Origin: the human T2T-CHM13v2.0 reference genome, Homo sapiens
DNA length: 64,000 nucleotides
NCBI RefSeq assembly: GCF_009914755.1
Contig: NC_060936.1
Direction: 5' to 3' (one strand)
Part shown: piece after piece, positions 55,630 through 64,000 of the stretch
Numbering within the stretch: position 1 is the stretch's first letter
How the letters are laid out: each line of letters opens with the position of its first letter
The notes under the pieces: generated by a model
Databases searched by the model: none
Told to the model about the DNA's origin: nothing
The model's input: the letters and a program-made list of their open reading frames with translations, nothing else
Program-made: the position numbers and the translations under genes

Positions 55630-57230
55630 TTTGCTGAGGTCGTTACTGCTATTATAAGCTTAAAATGGAAAAACATAATAGGCATATGAGTTATTTTTAT
55701 GGGTTGATGCAGTTTCCAATGGTGTGTACTAATTTGAGAAAATGAATGTGTATACATACAAGAGTAAGTCAGATTGTTAGACTCATCCCTCAGTATTCCA
55801 TATGTTTTGTGACTGATTTTACAGTTCTCTCTACCTTTCTCATTTACAAAAAAAAAAAAGAAAAGAAAATTTGATTCAGCAATTCCTAAAAGTATTGTAT
55901 TCAGTGACATCTTTGGAAACACCAGTTTCTGTTATCAACTTCAAATAATAGTCAAGTTTTATGTATGATCTAAAGGGAAAACAAGTTTGTTTTTCAATCC
56001 TGTGATAATTTTTCTTTTAGAATGAGGTGTTGCAAGAAATGAAAAATTAAAAAAACCACTCTGTAACAATTTTGCTGTGCTTCTTTGATTTTTCTCTGTT
56101 TTTGTTTAATGGGTACCTTATATTTGTACCTTTACATATTGAATTCATGAGAGAGTTATGCACAGCCTAGTTATTTGACATTCCAGGGGTTTAAAAAAAT
56201 GTATATTAAATATTGCAGTAATGGTGAATGCTTTAACATAAAACCACAAAAAACCTCCTAAAAATAAAGCCAAAGAGTCTAAATCTCGCTCACTGTGCTT
56301 CTTTCTGATTATTTTTAAAAGGCAGCCCTTCTTGTACAGTATTTCTACTTTTTATTCTAATCAACTGGACTGTTGCATTATTTTTATGTAGATTGCTAAC
56401 AAGGTTTTTGAAGAAACACTCTTAAAAGTCATAAAAGGGAAAATCTTGACAGTTCTGGGATATTGCCACCCTTGACCTTTTGGAGAAATGTAGACAGCAT
56501 CTCCCAGGCATGACGCCTAGGGATCGTGTTTATCTGTCATCAGTTGGTGACTCCATGTTTATTGAGCACTGGCTATAAGCCAGACTTGGTGAGGGACTGA
56601 AACAATTACAAGACACAGTTCTGCACTGGAAGAAATAGGAATCAACCTAAGATTTCCTGTCCTGCTAGGTCATCAGGTTCCTGTCCCACTACTTTCCTTC
56701 CTCTACCAAATTCACTTATAGCCTCCAAGTAGTGTAACTATCAATAGCACCCCTTTCACTCCCCAAAGTGTCCTAATTTGGAGAGTAAGTTGTATGATCA
56801 CCCTACCTACAGTCTGCCTGTTTTCCAATGCACACTTTGTCTCTCCCCTGCTCTTGTTACATGTGTGTCCTGAGGCCACTTCCAGATTGTTCTTCCTCTG
56901 TCATTACTCCAGCATGTCATTGCTTTGCTCAGAAACTGCTAACTGGGTCTTCATTTGTGGTTAAATAATACCATTTTTCTTATATACATGTAGCCGAAAG
57001 CTCTATTTCCAATATGGAAATAACTAAGAGTAAACATCCTATTCCATGAACAGGACGAACACTTTCTCACCTTCACTTTTACCTGCAATTTCCTTCTTCC
57101 ATTTTCAGCTGCTTAAAATCTTCTTTAATCTTCAAAGTCCAGTTTAGACAGCACCTTTTATGAATTAGCTCCTTACTGCCCTAGTCAGAAGTGGGCTGTC
57201 TCATCCTTGTAGGAGGGTAAACACGCATTG

Positions 57231-57967
57231 CAGATGCTTCTCAACTTGCCATGGGGTTATGTCCTGATACACTCATTGGAAGTTGAAAATATCATCAGTC
57301 AAAAATGCATTTAGGCCGTGTGCAGTGGCTTACTCTTGTAGTCCCAGCATTTTGGGAGCCTGAGATGGGAGGATTGCTTGAGCCCAGGAGTTTGAGACCA
57401 GCCTGGGCAATATAGTAATGCCCCATCTCTAAAAAAAAAAAAAAAATTAAAAATTAGCCAGGTGTGTGGTGGCACACACCTATAGTCCCAGCTACTCGGG
57501 AGGCTGAGGTGGGAAAATGCTTGAGCCTGGCATGTCTAGCCTTCAGTGAGCCATGACTGTGCTACTGCACTCCAGCCTGGGCAACAGAGCAAGACTCTGT
57601 CTGAAAAGAAAAGAAAAGAAAAGAGAAAAGGAAAAAGGGCATTTAAGACATCTCACCTACTGAACATCCTAGCTTCGCCTAGCCTACCTTAAATATGCTC
57701 AGAACAGTTACACTGCCTACAGTCTGAGAATATTTACATTAAATATGCTCGGAACACTTACATTGGCCTACAGTCATCTTACACAAAGCCTGTTTTATAA
57801 GAAAGTGTTGAATATCTCATGTAACTTACTGAATACTGTACTGAAAGTGAAAAACAGAATGGTTGTATGGATATTTGAAGTATAATTTCTACTGAACGTG
57901 TATCACTTTCACACCATCGTAAAGCCAAAAAATTCCAGTCAGGCCATCATAGGTCAGGGACTGTCTG
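57231..57967. mobile_element. Tigger-family MITE (MER47A-like) interrupted by an Alu
   Basis: CAG...CTG termini with 3' TA; ATGGGGTTATGTCCTGATA..AAAATGCATTTA..TAGCCTACCTTAAA..AAAGTGAAAAACAGAATGGTTGTATGG. Confidence 0.8.
57314..57637 (+). mobile_element. AluJ nested in the MITE
   Basis: AluJ-type GGATTGCTTGAGCCCAGGAGTTTGAG, (GAAAA)n tail, TSD GCATTTA. Confidence 0.9.
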
Positions 57968-58597
57968 TATGAATGCCTTGCTTTCATTATAGCATTCTCC
58001 ATTTTCTCTTGTACTGGTAATTTTTGAACAGTTATCTTTACCAGTTTTGTAAACTCCTTGAGAACAGTTTTGCATTTTCTTCAAAACCTAGGACTGTGGT
58101 ATACAGTAACCGCTTAATACAATATTTGTTAAATGAAGAACAAAAAATACGTGGCTAGGCTACTCAGGTCATTCCCACAAAATGATTTCTTTAAACTGCG
58201 TAATTGGAAGTTTTTGTTTTTTCAAAAAAGTATGTCCACAGTATTATGTCATTAATTACTATACCCTGAGGAATTACTGCTGCTGCTAATCTCTTGGATT
58301 CAGTACTTAGAGACATAAATATAAGTGACATTAGCACTGCTACTGTTCAATGAGATTACAAAATAGAAAGTAGACATAGAAGCAGATGTTGGAAAATATT
58401 CTCAAAGATAACAAAATGTAGAATATCTTACTAGGCCTGGTTCAGGGACATAGGCTAAGCTGAAGCTGCCACACATGGTGTTTGACTTCATGGCACACTT
58501 TTCTGCAGAACTGGAAAAAGATGTGTCTACTTTGGGGCATTTTCTTCAAAATTAAGAAAAAAACGTGTCTATGATTGATTTTAAAAAAGATAATTTA

Positions 58598-58915
<318 letters not shown>

Positions 58916-59327
58916 TTAAGAAAACAATACATGCTATTGTATTGGATGGATAAAACAGAGCGTTCCATGTGACAAAACCTGTATGTAAACGTATTTCTTA
59001 TTTTTTAATCATCATTTTATATATGTGGGTCACTATGGAACACTGCGTTCAGAAAATAAATTACTTTTCTTTTTCAAAATATTGCATTGGTAGTTTCATC
59101 TCGTTTTAGGTAATATTGATTTATCCTAAATTGGTAAAAAAAAAAAAAAAAAACCTAGATACTATATATATTTAATTTAAGCACCTTGTAGTTCCATGGA
59201 AAACAAACTGATAAAATTTTAAGAGTAAATTGAGTAAATAAATATAGATTATACTTAAATTTTTTTTCTCTCTGTGAACTGGCTTTAAAGATATGCTTTA
59301 ACATTTAATATAACAACATATTTTTGA

Positions 59328-59655
<328 letters not shown>

Positions 59656-59785
59656 TGTGCAACATGTTTCTAAGTGAACAGTATGACTTCAGAGAGTCAT
59701 ACTGTTTTAAGAGAGTTAACAAAAGAATAAGCATTGGATATACTTACCTTTTTTCAGATGTTATAACAAATTTACCAAAATGCAC

Positions 59786-59787
<2 letters not shown>

Positions 59788-59819
<32 letters not shown>
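59788..59819. repeat. (CA)n microsatellite
   Basis: Pure AC run. Confidence 0.95.
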
Positions 59820-59820
<1 letters not shown>

Positions 59821-60774
59821 TCCATAACTTCAAACAACAGAAAATGGGATTCTGTCTGTCTCTGTGTCCCACAATCAGTACCACCACCACTACTACAGTT
59901 TGCTTTTATTATAGTATTATCAATTTTCTGCAAATAAGCCTAAATGTCTTAGGTAGTTCTACATTTTTATATTACACAGTAATTGAGGAAAAACTAAATA
60001 TTTTTGAAAGTGCATTTAAAATACTACTTTAGAACAATTAATCTACTTGGGTGTACAAAATGAAAGCCAGTTGTTAGAAATCTCTTATACTACAAAAATT
60101 AAAAAAGTGTTAAGCATCAAGGATTAGACCTGGACTAGAAGTATGTGTCACTTGGTGGATGACCATGCAACTCAAGAAGAGGAAGAGTGGATTTAGAATT
60201 CAAGATAGAGATGAAACACTCATGTACTTAGTGTGTGTGAAGTTTAGGAGAGGGAGCTGAGCTGATGGAGCCATGGGTCACAGTAGCTGAAGCCATGGCT
60301 GTGGATAAAGATCCCAAGAGAATGTGGAAAATGAAATGTGATATAGAAAGTGGAGAAGAAAGGGAATATGGGGACCACTGCACACAAAGGAGATAATATA
60401 GGTTGTCAACTGCCAACGGCAGTATGTGGACCAGTGGTCTTTACCACATCCTTCTCCAGCTGTCCCACCGTCCACACGAACTTACGCATGCTTCCCTTGC
60501 TCTACCCACCCATGCTCAGCTCATGGTAATTGGCATGGCTGTTTCATATCTATTAGGTCACTAGACTGAGCTTACCACTGGGATAATCAACAACAGCAGT
60601 GAACCCTAAATCCTGACGACACTATCAGCACTTAAGTAGAGCTGGGGAATGAAACTAGAATTCTTTTGGGGCCAGATCATTAACTCATATCTAGTGACAC
60701 CCCATTTTGCCTCTGGAAAAGTTAAGGTTTTGTTGTGCAATTAGCTTTACAGAATGGAGCATTTCTGTTGGTTT

Positions 60775-61068
60775 ACTAAAACTGTTAAGCCAAAATAGGG
60801 CACAAGTGCAAGTCCTGGCTCCAGAAGTTGGCTGTACCTTCCTTTCTGCAGTACAAGGTGAACATCTGTAAAGAAGAATGCAATGTCCCGGGTGTGTTTA
60901 AACTGACTGCCTTGGCCTCAAACTAAAACTGTTAAGCCAAAACAGGGCACAAGTGCAAGTCCTGGTTCCCGAAATTGACTGCACCTTCCTTTCTGCAGTA
61001 TGAGGTGAACATCTGTAAAGAGGAGTACAGTGTCCCTGGTGTGTTTACACTGACTGCCTTGTTTTCAA
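60775..61068. repeat. 147-bp tandem duplication (~88% identical)
   Basis: ACTAAAACTGTTAAGCCAAAA.. at 60775 and 60922; ~17 substitutions and no indels by manual alignment. Confidence 0.95.
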
Positions 61069-62369
61069 GGATCATTAGATTTCAAAGAAAAAAAAATCAC
61101 AACAATATCCTTTGCATGGACCAGATGATGAGAAACTAAATTGTAATTTGGGATTCATTCACAAGAAAAGTCCTGAATGGTTTTCCCATGGACAGGATCT
61201 TGGAGGTTAGGAATACCAAATCCTGTGCCCAGCTCAGTCTCACTGACTAGGGAATGTTGTCTTTAGACTACAGAAGTCGCAACCCTCACCCCAAAACATG
61301 AAGTATTCAAACCTTTTGAAGGGTGTGATGTTTCCAGGTAATTTGGCTTGGCACAGGAATTGCATTTATGCCCAACTTTGGCTAAGCGATTTTAGTAGTC
61401 CAGCAAAAATGCTCTGTTCTGTAAAGGTAATTGCAAAACAATATCTTCATTTCTCCAGATGGAAAATGGGATATGAAAATCCACCAAAGGAAAGAAATAT
61501 CATTTCCCGCACTGTGGCTCTGCAATCTTAGAAGGGTTCCATGAATATTATGTATGTGCAGTAAACATTTATGACCTTATTTAGGTCCAAGCAGCATGAG
61601 GGATTTTGTGCTAGTAGTTGTTGATGAGCACTACAAATAGGGATCCTTTATATCTGAGGTATCCATAGTAACTAAGTAGGGCCCATTTCCATCGTGCTTA
61701 TTTGCTTCCAACCTGCCAACCATGCTTAGACTCTGAGGGCTCCAGGATTCCTAATTCATAAAAAAAACACCCCAGAGAGGTGGGTAAGTGCTTTTCAGAA
61801 AAAGCAAACTTAAGCAAGTGATTTTAAGAGATTTGAAGAGTGCTACATGGCAGCCAAGATGATAATTTTTTGGCCCAAATATAAATTTAATTGAGTAGTG
61901 TTATAAAGACAAAATTACATAGCCAGAAACAGAATTATGAGCATTAGGAAAATAATAGTGTTGTCTTCCATCTCCTTGAAATCCCCTGTTATGTTACTCA
62001 CTCCACTGTTGACTATTTTGTAGATAGCACACATTCACCTTGCATTTGGCAGAGAACACCAGCTTTGCTATGAATGCTCACAATTTTTGTAATACAGGGA
62101 AATATTTAACATACTAGGAAAAAAAGGTTTAAATTCATTAACATTACTATTGTAATGTTCATATACTCCTCTTTTCTTAGGACACACTACAAATGATTTT
62201 ATAGTGTTTCCATTTAACACACATAGTAGCTTTTCTTCTGGATTGTATGTGCAGTGCCATTGAACAGAAGCATAAAATTGTCAGTGGCCTACATTTTTTA
62301 GATTATTTAACTATGATTAGAAATATTTTGATCCATTTTTTCACTTCAGCTCTTTTTCATATTAGTGCA

Positions 62370-62860
62370 CACTTGACCCTTGAACAATACAGGTTTGAGC
62401 TGGACGGGTCCACTTATATGCAGATTTCTTTCAGTGAAAGTTACACTGAGTGCTTCTGCCTCTCCTGCCTCCTCTTCCACCTCTTCTCCCTCTTCTGCCT
62501 CTGTTACCCCTGAAACAGCAAGACCAACCCCTCCTCATCCTCAGCCTCCTCAACATGAAGACAGTAAAGATGAAAACCTTTATGATGATCCATTTCTACT
62601 TAATGAGTAGTGAACAAATTTTCTCTCTTGCTTGTCTTATTTTTTTGTAGTTTACATGTAGTTTGTAAGGATGCAGTATATAATAATATCACATACAAAA
62701 TATTTGTTAATCGACTGTGTTATCAGTAAGGCTTGCAGTCAACAGTAGGCTATTAGCAGTTAAGTTTTGTGGAGTCAAAAGTTTTGCGTGGATTTTTGTT
62801 GGATTTCTGACTTCACAGGGAGTCAGTGCCCCAACCCCTGCATTGTTCAAGGGTCAATTG
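62370..62860. mobile_element. Tigger2-derived non-autonomous element (Tigger2a/MER28-like)
   Basis: TIRs CACTTGACCCTTGAACAAT / ATTGTTCAAGGGTCAATTG, 3' TA target, internal CAGCAAGACCAACCCCTCCTC. Confidence 0.88.
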
Positions 62861-63120
62861 TATTTTTGTCTGATTTCATGAGGGTGAACTTTTTATACTA
62901 TACTTTTACAGATAGAAATGAAAGTACTTAGTAATAATTGAACATATGTACAGTAAAAATATTATAGCTGTTGTTTTAAAATAATTGTATTAAATTGAAA
63001 CTTAAGTTAGTCTTCAGGCTTTTTAAGGTTTTCAAATTTGAACTGGAATGCAATTCAGAATGTGCTAGAATAACATTTCTCCATTTCTCCAGTGTCAAGA
63101 TGGGAAGGCATACATTCTAA

Positions 63121-63453
<333 letters not shown>

Positions 63454-63659
63454 ATCCCCATCTATTTTTCACTAATATTCAAGCTAGAGTTGCTGGCTAA
63501 AATGATGGAGCATCAGAATTTGTGAACTCTGGGAATCATAGCAAGTGTATAACTATAATTCCTTTGTGTCTAAGGAGGGTGGACCTCTATATTAGAGAGA
63601 AGATTTACAAACGTTGGGGAAAAAATGGAAATTGAGACTGACTCCTAAGGAAACATCTG

Positions 63660-64000
63660 TTCACTCACTCAGCAAACATTTAGCCCACTCTGCTAATGCT
63701 AGGCACTGTGCTAGATATTTGGAGAGACACTGGAGAAAACTTAAGGTCCCTAGTCTTGTGGCTCTTACATTCTAGAGAGGGATTATAAATGACGGCGTAG
63801 TTATTAAAAAAATACAGATGATGATTTCAAGCCTTATAAGAGCAAAGAAGAAAAGTGAACCAAGTTAATGTAATGGAGAGTATTGGAGTAGGCGAGGCTG
63901 CTTTAGATCAGAGAGTCTGGGTGGACTTGATGGAGGAGGTCATGGATAGCCTTGCAGCTGGTAGACCTGTGGGCAACATTAACAGCAGATAGGACAAGAG
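63660..64000 (-). mobile_element. L2 3' fragment
   Basis: TCACTCACTCAGCAAACATTTA..CTAGGCACTGTGCTAG..CTTACATTCTAG. Confidence 0.65.

Noticed and set aside
55470-55922. 150-aa minus-strand ORF spanning the hairpin
   Set aside because: Runs through a poly-T tract, has no recognisable domain, and there is no evidence of coding constraint
60775-61068. Unit length equals the 147-bp nucleosome core
   Set aside because: Only two copies and no linker; most likely coincidence
62380-62650. Ser/Pro-rich and acidic ORFs
   Set aside because: Internal to the Tigger2-derived element; no transposase domain

Overview
Human genomic DNA. The human-specific AluYb elements and the exact protein match identify it as the 5' part of the HMGA2 locus (12q14.3 by established knowledge). 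The layout is ~21 kb of repeat-dense upstream DNA (a large nested old L1, Alus, MaLR/THE1 LTRs), then a CpG-island promoter. HMGA2 exon 1 follows (long 5'UTR with a (TC)27 repeat and one uORF), then coding exons 2 and 3, with one AT-hook per exon and all introns in phase 0. The last ~28 kb is the start of intron 3, the known tumour breakpoint intron. Exons 4-5 (acidic tail, let-7-regulated 3'UTR) are outside the window. I cannot support a genuinely new biological system here. The best leads are: (i) a ~35-bp pri-miRNA-like hairpin in intron 3 (miR-763-like) that folds on both strands; (ii) several intron-3 alternative or cryptic terminal exons (EEFYIAA, an Alu-derived one, a speculative poly-Asp one); (iii) a nested TTTGTACAAA palindrome array and other fold-back/duplication scars; (iv) two young AluYb insertions; (v) latent splice sites around the 5'UTR TC repeat. 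Repeat subfamily names come from recognising the sequence by eye, and boundaries of old repeats are approximate.
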